DNA of 64,000 nucleotides from Octopus bimaculoides (taxonomy: Eukaryota): the NCBI RefSeq assembly GCF_001194135.2, contig NC_068983.1:108306358-108370357 (forward strand), given 5' to 3'. The notes beneath the pieces were generated by a model. It was not told where the DNA came from. It made no database searches and saw nothing but the letters and a program-made list of their open reading frames with translations. Below are positions 1-11,977 of this stretch, piece by piece. Position 1 is the stretch's first letter. Every line of letters starts with the position of its first letter. The position numbers and the translations under genes were made by a program.

Positions 1-37
<37 letters not shown>

Positions 38-55
38 TATATACATACATATATA
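1..55. repeat. (AT)n/(ATAC) microsatellite
   Basis: Direct dinucleotide run at the window start. Confidence 0.95.
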
Positions 56-185
56 CGACGGGATTCTTTCAGTTTCTGCGGCTATAGTAGAAGACACTTG
101 CTCAAGGTGCCATGCAGTGGAACTGAACCTGGAACCATGTGGTTGAGAAGTAAGTTTCTTGCCACAGGGCCATGCCTGCGCCTAT
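56..185 (-). mobile_element. tRNA-derived SINE family A, internally deleted copy
   Basis: Reverse complement of the head gcaggagtggctgtgtggtaag...ggttcagt(c/t)ccactgc...gagcaagtgtcttctactatagc seen in full at 54571-54980. Confidence 0.8.
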
Positions 186-1039
186 ATGTACTCAAATTTG
201 ATCACTTCATCAGTTGTCAAATGAAAATCGTCACAATTCTGGTACCTAAACCAATATTGTTCATTTAGCAGCACTCACTACATATCTAAGCTGCAATGGT
301 ATAGATGTGTGTGAATGAAAATTGAAAAAAAGACAAGGAAAAAAAAAAGACTGGCATACAAGCTTGGTAACAGCAAAAATTCAAAACAATGGGAATGTAA
401 GAAGTCTTTTGACTGAAACAATAGTTTTTAGACGAATTGTGCAAAGATTGGGTAAGGTACAAAATAAAACAAACAGAGTAATATAAATATATAGTCTTAC
501 AATGTAACAGTAAATTCAAAATGGAAAAAATACAAAAATACAGAAAAAAAAAAATGGAGATAATATAAATGGTCTTTCGACCCAGACGATAAATATGGGA
601 CATTTGTGCAAATCATGCATGGAAGAAAGTGGATAGCCTTGCAGCCTTAAAAAACAAACCAAGACAGACAAAAAAAAGACATTGTAGTTGCCATGGTGAA
701 GCAAAAGAAGAGCTTATCAAAGAGGAAAGGATGTTGGAGGAAGAGGAAAGCAGAAGTGTCTTGGAGAAAAGGAGAGATACAGGGAATAGTTACAGATGAG
801 TGAAAGGAAATAAGTAATATTGAAACAATGGAGACAGAGTGAGGGTGACAGAAAAAGAAGGGGAGGGAAACTCAGAAGTTGAACATAATTGGTGGTAGTA
901 CAGAGGGAGGGAGGGAGAGAGAGAGAGCGAGCCAAGGGAGGGTTATAGTTGATAAAAAAACAATGAGAGACTAACAGGAAAGGAAGACTGTGATGAACAG
1001 ACAGATAAGTAGATAGATAGATAGAAAGATAGATAGATA

Positions 1040-1125
1040 CATTTCTTTTATTAGCCACACAGGGCTCAACGAAGATGGGACAAATACAATGTAGAGCTTT
1101 TCTTTTTGGGAGGGGGAAGGAAGGA
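1040..1125 (-). mobile_element. 3' terminus of a non-LTR retroelement (body lost in the N gap)
   Basis: Minus strand ends ...tttgtcccatcttcgttgagccctgtgtggctaataaagaaat + (ATCT)n, closely similar to the family B SINE tail at ~60070-60120. Confidence 0.5.
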
Positions 1126-1789
1126 ANNNNNNNNNNNNNNNNNNNNNNNNNNNNNNNNNNNNNNNNNNNNNNNNNNNNNNNNNNNNNNNNNNNNNNNNNN
1201 NNNNNNNNNNNNNNNNNNNNNNNNNNNNNNNNNNNNNNNNNNNNNNNNNNNNNNNNNNNNNNNNNNNNNNNNNNNNNNNNNNNNNNNNNNNNNNNNNNNN
1301 NNNNNNNNNNNNNNNNNNNNNNNNNNNNNNNNNNNNNNNNNNNNNNNNNNNNNNNNNNNNNNNNNNNNNNNNNNNNNNNNNNNNNNNNNNNNNNNNNNNN
1401 NNNNNNNNNNNNNNNNNNNNNNNNNNNNNNNNNNNNNNNNNNNNNNNNNNNNNNNNNNNNNNNNNNNNNNNNNNNNNNNNNNNNNNNNNNNNNNNNNNNN
1501 NNNNNNNNNNNNNNNNNNNNNNNNNNNNNNNNNNNNNNNNNNNNNNNNNNNNNNNNNNNNNNNNNNNNNNNNNNNNNNNNNNNNNNNNNNNNNNNNNNNN
1601 NNNNNNNNNNNNNNNNNNNNNNNNNNNNNNNNNNNNNNNNNNNNNNNNNNNNNNNNNNNNNNNNNNNNNNNNNNNNNNNNNNNNNNNNNNNNNNNNNNNN
1701 NNNNNNNNNNNNNNNNNNNNNNNNNNNNNNNNNNNNNNNNNNNNNNNNNNNNNNNNNNNNNNNNNNNNNNNNNNNNNNNNNNNNNNNNN

Positions 1790-1814
1790 AGATAGACAGA
1801 TAGACAGACAGATG

Positions 1815-1888
<74 letters not shown>

Positions 1889-1935
1889 TAGATAGATAGA
1901 CAGATAGACAGACAGACAGATGGATAGGTAGATAA
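1790..1935. repeat. (GATA)/(GACA)n compound microsatellite
   Basis: Direct tetranucleotide runs. Confidence 0.95.
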
Positions 1936-2132
1936 ATATTTTGTCAGATAGAGATAGAGTCCTTGTTGCCAGATAGAAAACAAGGTTGTGAGAAAAGATG
2001 GCATTGCATTACAAATAATAATGGGGAAAAAAAGTAGCATTGACAGAGAAAATGAAAATCAGAGTTAAAATGGAAATAGAGTACAAACTAAAGTGCACGA
2101 GTCTGATCCCTTAATCAATTGTCAACTGGAAA

Positions 2133-2200
2133 TCAACACCAAAGACAATATTGTTCATTCCAGTGATGCTTGCAACATATTTGAGAAGCATCGGGACAAC
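2133..2200 (-). CDS. Candidate terminal coding exon (phase 1 reading GCPDASQICCKHHWNEQYCLWC*) of a possible small Cys-rich protein
   Basis: Good acceptor tttctgttacttatttcaaatattacag| at 2201; short open frames to a stop; phase-compatible with candidate exon 8064-8169. No homology recognised. Confidence 0.25.
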
Positions 2201-2274
2201 CTGTAATATTTGAAATAAGTAACAGAAAGTGTAAATTAATATTGCTGTGGGTGTTGGAGTTTCTGATGTTTTGG

Positions 2275-2395
2275 ACAGGTGCAGGAGTGGCTGTGTGGTA
2301 AGTAGCTTGCTTACTAACTACATGGTTCCANNNNNNNNNNAGCATGGCCGCAGTCAAATGACTGAAACAAGTAAAAGAGAGTAAAAGAGTCCTTC
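2275..2395 (+). mobile_element. SINE family A, head and tail joined across a 10-N gap
   Basis: gcaggagtggctgtgtggtaagtagcttgc head; tail agcatggccgcagtcaaatgactgaaacaagtaaaagag. Confidence 0.85.
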
Positions 2396-3615
2396 TTCGG
2401 GGTTCAAATGATAGGCAAAAAGGAAACCAGAAGAGTTTTACATCCTCTTTGTCTGAGTAACTAGCAATGACCAATAGAGAATGTAAGATAACATGAAAAT
2501 GCAAACATAGACAAGAAGTAGTAGATGAGAGATGCTAAAAGATGGAGACAGAAAGAGAAATAAAGCCAGGATTGCTGTATTTCCTCCCCACCATGTTCAG
2601 GCCAACAACTGTGCCACACCTCTCCTACTCCCTCTATGCACATCTACAGACTAGGTTTCATTCACTAACACCTTTCACTCATCAATTATACCATTGAAAG
2701 GCTCATTCATCTGCTCTTTTCTAATCCTATTCTCTGATCTTTGCAGTACCACATCTCCTTGTCTTCAGGACTCCCAAGTATGGATTGAATGTAAAAAACA
2801 ATATCAGTTTTAAAAAAGAGGAAGACCCCATATTCCCATGCTTTGGGAATGGTATAAATTTTACACAAGATTTTACAAGACTGTCAAATGGCTAAGAGAT
2901 GTAGTTTTTTAATTTTTGCAATAAAACAAAATCTTTATCTCTTGATGGAGTACAATCAATGGTATGCAACTAGAACATTTAAATCAGTGGCTTTGTTATT
3001 TCATTATTTATACATACTGCCTGGGTTAGAAGAAAATATCTCAATTCATTTAGTTTAAGCTTTGTTGTCTGACAGATCTGTACAAACAAATAAAACATTT
3101 CTAGAAAATATCAAGCAAGAAGTTTGATCCTACTCAAAGATCTTTATCAGTAACAACAGATTATGAAAATGCAATGATTAAAGCTTGCAATCATATTTTT
3201 CCTGCCACAATTTTTTTGTGTGCATGTATGTGTGTTTTTCTCACTACATCTTACATGTTATTCAAATTCCTGATTTAAAGTGAAAGTAGGAAGTATGCAG
3301 AATTTGTTTTAAGTCTTCATATGCTATGTGCACTAGCATATGTGTCTGTTCACATAGTGAAAGAAGCATTTGAGGAATTATACAATAGTAATATATTATA
3401 CCTCTTGACACACAAGCAATTGATGATTATTTCGAGAATACCTGGATATGTCATCCTGATCAGAGGCTAGTGCACTGACCATTGCAAGGGAGTCTATTTT
3501 TATATTTTGGCTTAAGTTGGCATGTCAGATAAAGAGCATTTTCATCTAAAACCAAGTATTTAATTGAAATCCAGAATTGAAGCACTTGAAAATCAGATAC
3601 AATTGTCTCATTTGA

Positions 3616-3616
<1 letters not shown>

Positions 3617-3694
<78 letters not shown>
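3617..3694. repeat. (CA)n(TA)n microsatellite abutting a gap
   Basis: Direct. Confidence 0.95.
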
Positions 3695-4542
3695 NNNNNN
3701 NNNNNNNNNNNNNNNNNNNNNNNNNNNNNNNNNNNNNNNNNNNNNNNNNNNNNNNNNNNNNNNNNNNNNNNNNNNNNNNNNNNNNNNNNNNNNNNNNNNN
3801 NNNNNNNNNNNNNNNNNNNNNNNNNNNNNNNNNNNNNNNNNNNNNNNNNNNNNNNNNNNNNNNNNNNNNNNNNNNNNNNNNNNNNNNNNNNNNNNNNNNN
3901 NNNNNNNNNNNNNNNNNNNNNNNNNNNNNNNNNNNNNNNNNNNNNNNNNNNNNNNNNNNNNNNNNNNNNNNNNNNNNNNNNNNNNNNNNNNNNNNNNNNN
4001 NNNNNNNNNNNNNNNNNNNNNNNNNNNNNNNNNNNNNNNNNNNNNNNNNNNNNNNNNNNNNNNNNNNNNNNNNNNNNNNNNNNNNNNNNNNNNNNNNNNN
4101 NNNNNNNNNNNNNNNNNNNNNNNNNNNNNNNNNNNNNNNNNNNNNNNNNNNNNNNNNNNNNNNNNNNNNNNNNNNNNNNNNNNNNNNNNNNNNNNNNNNN
4201 NNNNNNNNNNNNNNNNNNNNNNNNNNNNNNNNNNNNNNNNNNNNNNNNNNNNNNNNNNNNNNNNNNNNNNNNNNNNNNNNNNNNNNNNNNNNNNNNNNNN
4301 NNNNNNNNNNNNNNNNNNNNNNNNNNNNNNNNNNNNNNNNNNNNNNNNNNNNNNNNNAAGGAAAATGCATATGCTTTACATAGTTTTAATATATTTTTTA
4401 ATATACTTCATATTATGTTTAAAAAATATATTAAAACTATGTAAAGCATGTGCATTTTTCTTCTTCAATTTCTTATATATATTACAACTAACCACATGGG
4501 AATAATTGAAAATCATCCTTTTCTGTTACTATATATATATAT

Positions 4543-4828
4543 GAGGGACCAACAAAACTCATTGTAACACCAAAGATGAATTTAAGGTAAAGATTATGAC
4601 AGCATTCACCAACTTAAGCTAGGAGACCATCAAGAAGAGTTGCAGGAGATTCCAAAGTCGTCAAGAGGCTGTGGTTGAAGCCAAATGCAATTTTATTGAA
4701 TAAATTCAATCTTTAGTATTTCAAGATATATTTATGTAATTTTGGTAAATATATCTGTTAAAATGAGATGTCAGTGTTATTTTCATTTTTGGGTAATTTA
4801 GACAACAATATATTCACTGTACCCTGTA
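4543..4828 (+). mobile_element. Tc1/mariner-superfamily transposon 3' end (transposase C-terminus plus terminal repeat)
   Basis: Translates ..HCNTKDEFKVKIMTAFTNLS*ETIKKSCRRFQSRQEAVVEAKCNFIE* (stop ~4701), the typical 'C.RF..R.EAV.EA.G..IE' ending; finishes cactgtaccctg|TA. Confidence 0.7.
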
Positions 4829-5063
4829 CATATATGTATGTACACACACATACACAAATATATATATATATACAGACACACACACATATACACATGCACA
4901 CACATATATATACACACACACACACACACGCATATACATATGCATATATGTCTCTCTCTCACTCTTTGGACAAAATAAAAAATAAAAGTATATATGTTGA
5001 TATATATAATGTTATGTGAATAACAATATTTTGTAAACGAAGGAGTTTAATATTTAATTTCGC

Positions 5064-5102
<39 letters not shown>

Positions 5103-6974
5103 TATATNNNNNNNNNNNNNNNNNNNNNNNNNNNNNNNNNNNNNNNNNNNNNNNNNNNNNNNNNNNNNNNNNNNNNNNNNNNNNNNNNNNNNNNNNNNNN
5201 NNNNNNNNNNNNNNNNNNNNNNNNNNNNNNNNNNNNNNNNNNNNTGTATGTATGCAAAACTGTTAAACTAGATACAATATATGTTAAAATTTTGCAGTTT
5301 TATTTTGATTAAAATACCAGTGACTTCAGAGTGAAACCTTTTACTACAGTTCGCCTAAATCTCTGATTGTCATTCACTCCTACTCCATTTGTTGTTTGAG
5401 TCTCCTCCTATGAGAACGACCAACAGGACATATACTGCATCGTATTAAAGGTAAGATTACTAGAGATTGTAAGTCCAAGCATATGTAGCAAGTATGAGGT
5501 TTTTTTTACCTAACTAATATCCATTAATACAGAAGGAGGAGTGCTGCAAAATTGTTTCTTTAATGTAGGTTGTGACTGCTAAGGGAGATAAGATCATCTC
5601 TATTGTTGCATGCTTGCAAAATGTTTTCCATAGAAGAAATGTATGTCTGACATGAAACATTAAGGTTGTATGTGGGTGGCACCGGTGGCAAATGACTATT
5701 GTAACGGGATAGTATCTTCTACATAAGAGCATACTTGGTTGGACTTTCCTGTCATCATCATCGTCATTGCTTTCAGCATCATCACCATCATCATCATCAT
5801 TGTCATCATCATCATCATCGTTTTCACATTTATTTTTATATGTTAGCTTAAACAGAATATTACCATATCACAATCTTTCGTCATTTTATTTCATAGACAA
5901 GGTCCAGAATCCACAGACCTGACCTCAGAAATTCATCATGTGTCTTCTTTGATCTTTTCTCTGCTATAGATGCACTCAACTTACAGCATACATCACTTTT
6001 TCATCCATCACTCATTAACCATTCATAGCTGTATATTCATTCGAGTGCAGAGATGTCTCATCATTTCAATATCTTTTCAGCAATTAATTTCATTACAATG
6101 TTTTCAGACAATACAGTGTTTGAATCTTTTCAGTTCCCATACATCACAAATGATTAGGTTGACTGGGTAGATATCTCTCGCAATATGTTCTCAATACTTG
6201 TGTAGCATACACAGTTTTACTTTGCAGCCCTTAAGTAAAAGGAAGGTTTGAAAGGCATTGACAGGCTTTTAATGCCAAGATTTTGAAGGCCCAATCTTTT
6301 GCAATACAACATAGTTAATGATTAAAATAACATATCATAATACTATAGGAAAGGCATGAACATTAGGACTTTCTCCAGTTTCCATTCTGAATAGATTGGA
6401 AGACTTGTGACAATATTAAAATCAATATTTCTTGTATCATTGTTAATAATGTAATAGAAAAGTAATAGATAACAAATCTGACTTCATCAATCTCTATGAA
6501 ATTTTCAGCAATAATAATAAGAATAGAATTTTCATCATTTTACCATTAACTTTGTCTAACATCCCTTTTATACCAGTTTTGTCGTGAATTCACTTATGTG
6601 CCTTAAATTACCTTATTTTCCTGAATATTGCTTCAGTTTGGAACATTGAAGCTTTCAATAAATTTATTACTTCAGGACATATTATTTCAAGTCACATCAA
6701 TTCATGGTCAACTTGATTCATTTTGTTACTTCATTGTCATTTTACATCTGCCTCCCATGCAGGTAGGGGACTTTCAGAAAAACAGGAAGTAGGAATTTGA
6801 GATATACCAGTCTTCCCAAAATGCTTTAGCAATAAAAGTGAAATATGACTGCTCCCATCAGAAATCTGAAACTGGAAAGCTGACTCAGTCCACAATAACC
6901 TGTCAACTTCATTAATATTAACACTGTTTGACAGACAATGTGAACATATCATTAATTTCCCATTATAAGGCATA

Positions 6975-7070
6975 TGTGTTTGTGTGTGTGAGTGTGTGTG
7001 TGTGTGTGTGTATGTGTGAGTGTATGTGTGAGTGTGTGTGTGAGTGTGTGTGTGTGTGTGTGAGTGTGTG
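6975..7070. repeat. (TG)/(TGAG) microsatellite
   Basis: Direct. Confidence 0.95.
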
Positions 7071-7719
7071 TAATGTACTGATAGAATCAATAAAAAAGTA
7101 CTTCATCTTGAGAGACATAAATATCACTTAATATACACAAGATTTAAATTTGAGTGGTAATTAGTTTCGTACCTCTGAAAATATAATGGTTGGATGAGCT
7201 TCTATAACATGCTACGTATTTCCAAGCAATCATTCAGACTCAGAGTATAACATGACTGTTTTTTCAGAAAAAGTGAGAAGGGATAAGAAAGGATGAGAGG
7301 AAAAAGGTAAAAAGTAAAAATGTAGAATGAAAGAAAAGAAAAAAAGAAGTAGGGAGTAAAGGAATTAAAACTTGCAGTCTTTTGACCTGTTAGAATTGGA
7401 AGTAAAATGGTTGATGTAAGTTAATGATTGTGAAATTTGCATGCTCAATCTGGAGAGGATGATGTTTGCCTACTGAATTCTAGATGTGAAATTTTCATTA
7501 AATGTAAGCACCTATTATTGAACGAGAAAACATCAAATTAAGCATGCAGTCCTCCACAAATTAAGCATGCAGTCTCAAACTTTACCCATTGAATTACACC
7601 AACAATGTTAATTCCAATTCTAATGGGCAGAAGGGATGCAACTCTTAATTCATTTATTTCCATATTTCTTATTCTTTCTCACTTTTTCACAAAGAGCAGC
7701 CAGGTTGTATTTTGAGTCA

Positions 7720-7910
7720 ACATGGTTGCTTGGAAATATATGACATACTATACAAGCAGGATTTAGTTCTTTGCCATACCTCTAGAATGAATCAGAAGTG
7801 GTTGTTGGATTTCTATGACTTCACCAGCCCCAATTCCTGGCCTCCTAATTCTCCTGATTGTAATCTAATGAATTACTATGTATAGAGCACGATTGAGAAA
7901 GATGTCCTGT
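7720..7910 (+). mobile_element. Tc1/mariner-superfamily transposase fragment (catalytic-domain end)
   Basis: FYDFTSPNSWPPNSPDCNLMNYYV*STIEKD matches the W-P-x-SPD-x-NP-x-D/E motif. Confidence 0.65.
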
Positions 7911-8063
7911 TTTCCATTTTTCTCTCTCATTGTTTATGTATTTTATGTTGTTTGCACTGTTGGTGACGTCCTGTATCCATATATGCATATATATATATAT
8001 ATAAACAAATAGTAAATGAGTATATGCATATATACGTACAGGTATGTGCATACCGACATCCAC

Positions 8064-8169
8064 CTGTATGTATAGGTGCATATCTGGGTACAGGACATTG
8101 CAAACAAAACGTAGACGAGAAAACACACAAGCCACATAGAGAACATTCTCCTTCATCAGCTACCCCCAT
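8064..8169 (-). CDS. Candidate first coding exon MGVADEGECSLCGLCVFSSTFCLQCPVPRYAPIHT-G
   Basis: ATG in strong aaaATGG context inside a locally CpG-rich block; possible donor ACAG|GTGGAT (8064/8063), alternative TCG|GTATGC (8054/8053). No homology recognised. Confidence 0.25.
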
Positions 8170-8590
8170 TTTAACACCGGCGTTTTGAAGACCTGGGTAG
8201 GCTGCATCGTTAAAACGGCTCTTCCCATGGACCGCAAATTAAATTTGTATACACAAATTAAACCTTGCCATGGAGGAATGTAGTGGCGGACAAAAAACAA
8301 GACAGGAAAACAAACAGAAAAGGCTATACGGCCAGACGGGAAAAATTATGTGTGTATGAACGCTGTGAGGCACGAAATATACTCAATTTCAACATGAACA
8401 AGCAAGAAAAAACACAAAAATATAACGCGAAGATGTGGAATAAGTACAGTGTTATTGGACACCCAGGAAAGGAAAGAAAAGAAAGAGGATTTAACGTTTC
8501 AATTGGAGATCTTCGTCAGAAATATAGGAAAAGTCCAAAGAAGGGAAAACAGAGAAAGAAAATCGCCAACGATGCAGACACAGTCACATG
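8100..8590. promoter_or_regulatory. CpG-enriched non-repetitive block, possible promoter/5'UTR
   Basis: About 18 CpG in ~490 bp (hand count) against CpG-poor flanks; no repeat family recognised. Confidence 0.3.
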
Positions 8591-9474
8591 AATGCATGTA
8601 TGTGTGCATATGTGTATGTATTTATGTATGTACAACATAGTTAACCTCATTTTTTCTGATTATTGCATTTAATTCTGCTGTGGTTATTTCTAATGTTGAA
8701 AACAGTGAAAATGATCAAACCCACAATTTCATGTTTTTAAATGTCTTGAAAGTACTCCTTCATAATTATAATTACCAATTAATCTTATTTTCCAGCACCA
8801 GTTCATTTTTTTCTCTTTCCTGTTTCTTTTAATATTTTCATTGGAAAATTTTAAATAACCAATTAATTACTACCCCTATGTCACAGGTTATACCCTTGCT
8901 GATGAATTCTAATGAGTTATTACCCTTGCTTGCTCAGCCAAAGAAAAGTATTAATTAAACCTTAGTTTTTTCTTAAATATCACATTTAACTCTACCATGG
9001 TTAATACTGAAGTTGAAATCATTGGAAATAATCAAGCCAGCCATCTTTTATTTCTTTTAAACTAAAATATGTGGGGGAGAACTTTTATAATTAAACATAT
9101 ACTATGTATGTATGTTTGTATGTATGAATGTATGCATGTGTGTGTGTGTGTGTGTGTATGTGTGCGTGTGAGTGTGTGCATGTGTATGCATGCGTGTCTG
9201 CATATATAGGGTAGCGAGTTTTTTAGAAATTTCACTACCAGTGGCATAGAATGTATAAAAAGTCAATAGACAACATATTCTCAATACAAAATAGTGTACA
9301 TTTAGACACAAGAGAAGCGACCTTTAACAGGCAGCTTTACACGTTAGAAGAAGCAGTCAAAACGACCAAAACCACATTTAAGAGCAATTTGAAAAACTTG
9401 CATGGTAAATTTGAAAAATTATGATATATAATGATAAGACACATGTTGTCTCTAAATTATATGTTAATGTTATG

Positions 9475-9550
9475 GTGTGTTCACTGATGAGAATTTCGCC
9501 TAGCAAGTTATTTTATTTGCTAACTAAAATTTGAAACCTAGGTATGACTG
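9475..9550 (+). ncRNA. Minimal type I hammerhead ribozyme-like motif (Penelope-associated type), partly degenerate
   Basis: CTGATGA (9484-9490); stem II gaattt/aaattt enclosing a tagcaa/ttgcta hairpin; GAAAC (9533-9537); palindromic loop CTAG; GTA cleavage triplet (9542-9544); weak stem I (gttca/tgact). Confidence 0.6.
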
Positions 9551-9759
9551 TAAAAAAATAACAAGGTAAAAGTTTTTATTTTTCATTCCCTTCAAAATTG
9601 CTCTTAAATGTGGGTTTGGTTGTTTTTCTTGTGTTTAAATGTACTCTCTCTCTCTATATATATATATACATATGTATATATATTCCCTCTCTGCACTTAC
9701 ACACGCATGTTCACACACGATAACTTCCAAGCTACTTACCACACAGCCACTCCTACACC

Positions 9760-9794
<35 letters not shown>

Positions 9795-10639
9795 GTATAT
9801 ATATGCATGTATGTATGTGCATATATATATGCATGTATGTACATATGTGCATGCATTCATGTGTGCATACTTGTGTTTGTTATGTCTAAGGCTTTGTTAT
9901 TGGTCTGATGGAGAAAAATGTCTAGTATGTGCATTTAATTGGGATCCTCTCAGCAATAGCTTAAATTTTATATCTGCCAGACACCACTACTTTCTAGTTT
10001 ATTCAGTGTAAAATGAATAAAATTATTCTTGGAAAGAATAATTTTTTTTACTGAATAATTCTTTTTACTGTCTTTTCATCACACTCTAACCAGTGCTACT
10101 TTGGTATGCAATCTATGTGTCATGAAGCTGCTTTGGTATGTGATTTACACTTTATATTGAGATCTACAATATAACAAGGAAAACACTTGTATCGGTTTTG
10201 AGAGAGTATCTGGTTAGAAAGTATGAAGCATATGTGAAATGTCTGTGTGAGTGTCAAAGCTCCAGTACATCAACAACACACTTCAATCCAGCATAGCCAA
10301 CCTGTGCTCCCTTCTGTGATTTTTACTTGCATATTGATATCCATTATTCTGTTATACTGATTTGAATAACAGTAATTTTCAAACTTTCTCTATACCAAAT
10401 TTTAGAATTAATCTTTTATTCTATTCAAGATATTTCATATGATTCACCCGTAAAAATTAGTCAACTATTTTCAAATCTGCTTCATGTAAATTTTTTTAAA
10501 TAAATGTATAAAAATCTAAGAATGTTTTATTTTAGCCATAATATATTTATCATGGCTTGAAACATGTAGATCACATACTAAAGTAGAACTTGACTCTTGT
10601 AGATCATGTTGGCTACGTAGATCACATGCCAAAGTACCA

Positions 10640-11035
10640 CCCTCTAACTTTTGTATCATCTGACACAAGATCACCTCCTCCAATGCTGCCTCCCCTCTCA
10701 AAGGTTCTTTGTCTTGCAAGTTACTTGGTGACTCTGCCAGTGTTGATGCCATATAAAAAGCACTCAGTCCACTCTGTGGGGTAGTTGGCATTTTGAAGGG
10801 CATCCAACTGTAAAAACCCATACTAAATCTGACCTGACCTGTGCTGGTGTCATGTACAAAGCACTTAGTCCACTCTTCTGGGTGGTCAGTGTTAGGAAGG
10901 GCATCCAGCCATAAAATCCATGCTAAAACAGACACAGAAGTCTGGTGCAGTTTTCTGTCTGGCCAGCTCCTATCAAACCATCCAACCCATGCCAGCATGG
11001 AAGGCAGATGTTAAATGAGGATGATGATGATGAGT
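10640..11035 (+). mobile_element. 5'-truncated RTE LINE 3' tail with (GAT)n end
   Basis: ggaagggcatccagcc...ccatccaacccatgccagcatggaaggcagatgttaaatgaggatgatgat, homologous to 58440-58600. Confidence 0.8.
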
Positions 11036-11946
11036 CCAGTGGTGTATTATATATGTCAGAACTGGTTGCTAGCTATGAGCTCAGTCCTTCAGCACAGTCA
11101 CCATTCTCTTGAAAGATAATTATAATGTTTACTTGTAGACTGCTGTTATTCTTTTTTATGATACTAGTTTTAGAGCTGCAATTAAACTCTATGTTCTCAC
11201 TCCTTTTCTCTCTTTCTCTCACACACACACTATTTTCCCCATCTCTATTTCCCTCAACTTTCTTCTTTAACATTCACCAAAGATTCATGAGTAATTCAGA
11301 GCTGAGCAGTATATTTCAGACACTATTTCACTAAAACATTGACATTACTAAAATATTGTCTCTCATATGATTTTTGAAGCAAAGTAAAAACTTAATAAAA
11401 ACAAAAACACCCTTTCCACCTTTATTTTTCAGCTAATCACCATTATATGTCATAAATAAAACTGGTTTGTCCATACTAGAATAGACTGTTAGATGAGTTT
11501 TCAGCTCTTTATGTAACCCAGTCCTCCATCAGTTCTCAATGTTTGTGCTGATTTTGTGGGTGCATTTGTTGGCGCTTACACTATTTCATATGAAGTTTGG
11601 CTGAAGTGCTAACAATCTGATGTCTTTTCATGCATCAACATCTACAACAGTCCAAACTGAAACAGCTTGCAGGAACACTGGCATTTCTCAAACCAATAAA
11701 GGAATCTCAGTTTTTGTTTGAGCTACGAGAACCAGCAGTTAAATCTCCTTCAAACAGCATTCTAGTAATGCAAAAAAAAAAAAAAAAAGGGAATGGCAAT
11801 GTTGTCCTAAATGCACTATGTCTGGGGAAAAATGGAATGGTTACAGCTGGTATCATAGGTCAGCTTGATCAGCTGTGTGACACCAACACTTGTGTAAAAT
11901 TCAAGCCCACAGTATTCACTTCAGGTCAACTCAAGCTTCTGCATAC

Positions 11947-11977
<31 letters not shown>

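Noticed and set aside
2331-2340. Apparently tiny SINE A variant (head fused to tail)
   Set aside because: The junction coincides with a 10-N placeholder gap, so the missing body is probably unassembled.
1066-5312. Long ORFs spanning N runs (also around 14.3-15.4 kb, 43.6-43.9 kb and 46.5-47.2 kb)
   Set aside because: Their length comes from assembly gaps (X residues). Only the RLE portion at 14303-14608 has real coding signal.
7530-7580. Short tandem duplications (also ~8890, ~39770, ~43395)
   Set aside because: 18-24-bp slippage duplications, common and uninformative.
9600-10011. ORFs rich in YIYI/HTHT/CVCV (also at 35.5, 38.5, 46, 48.5, 56.5-57, 58.5 and 59.1 kb)
   Set aside because: Translations of dinucleotide microsatellites.
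11480-11975. Complex segment with two poly(A) runs and a 126-aa ORF
   Set aside because: No convincing motif. It may be a decayed Tc1-like or retroposed piece, but I cannot assign it.
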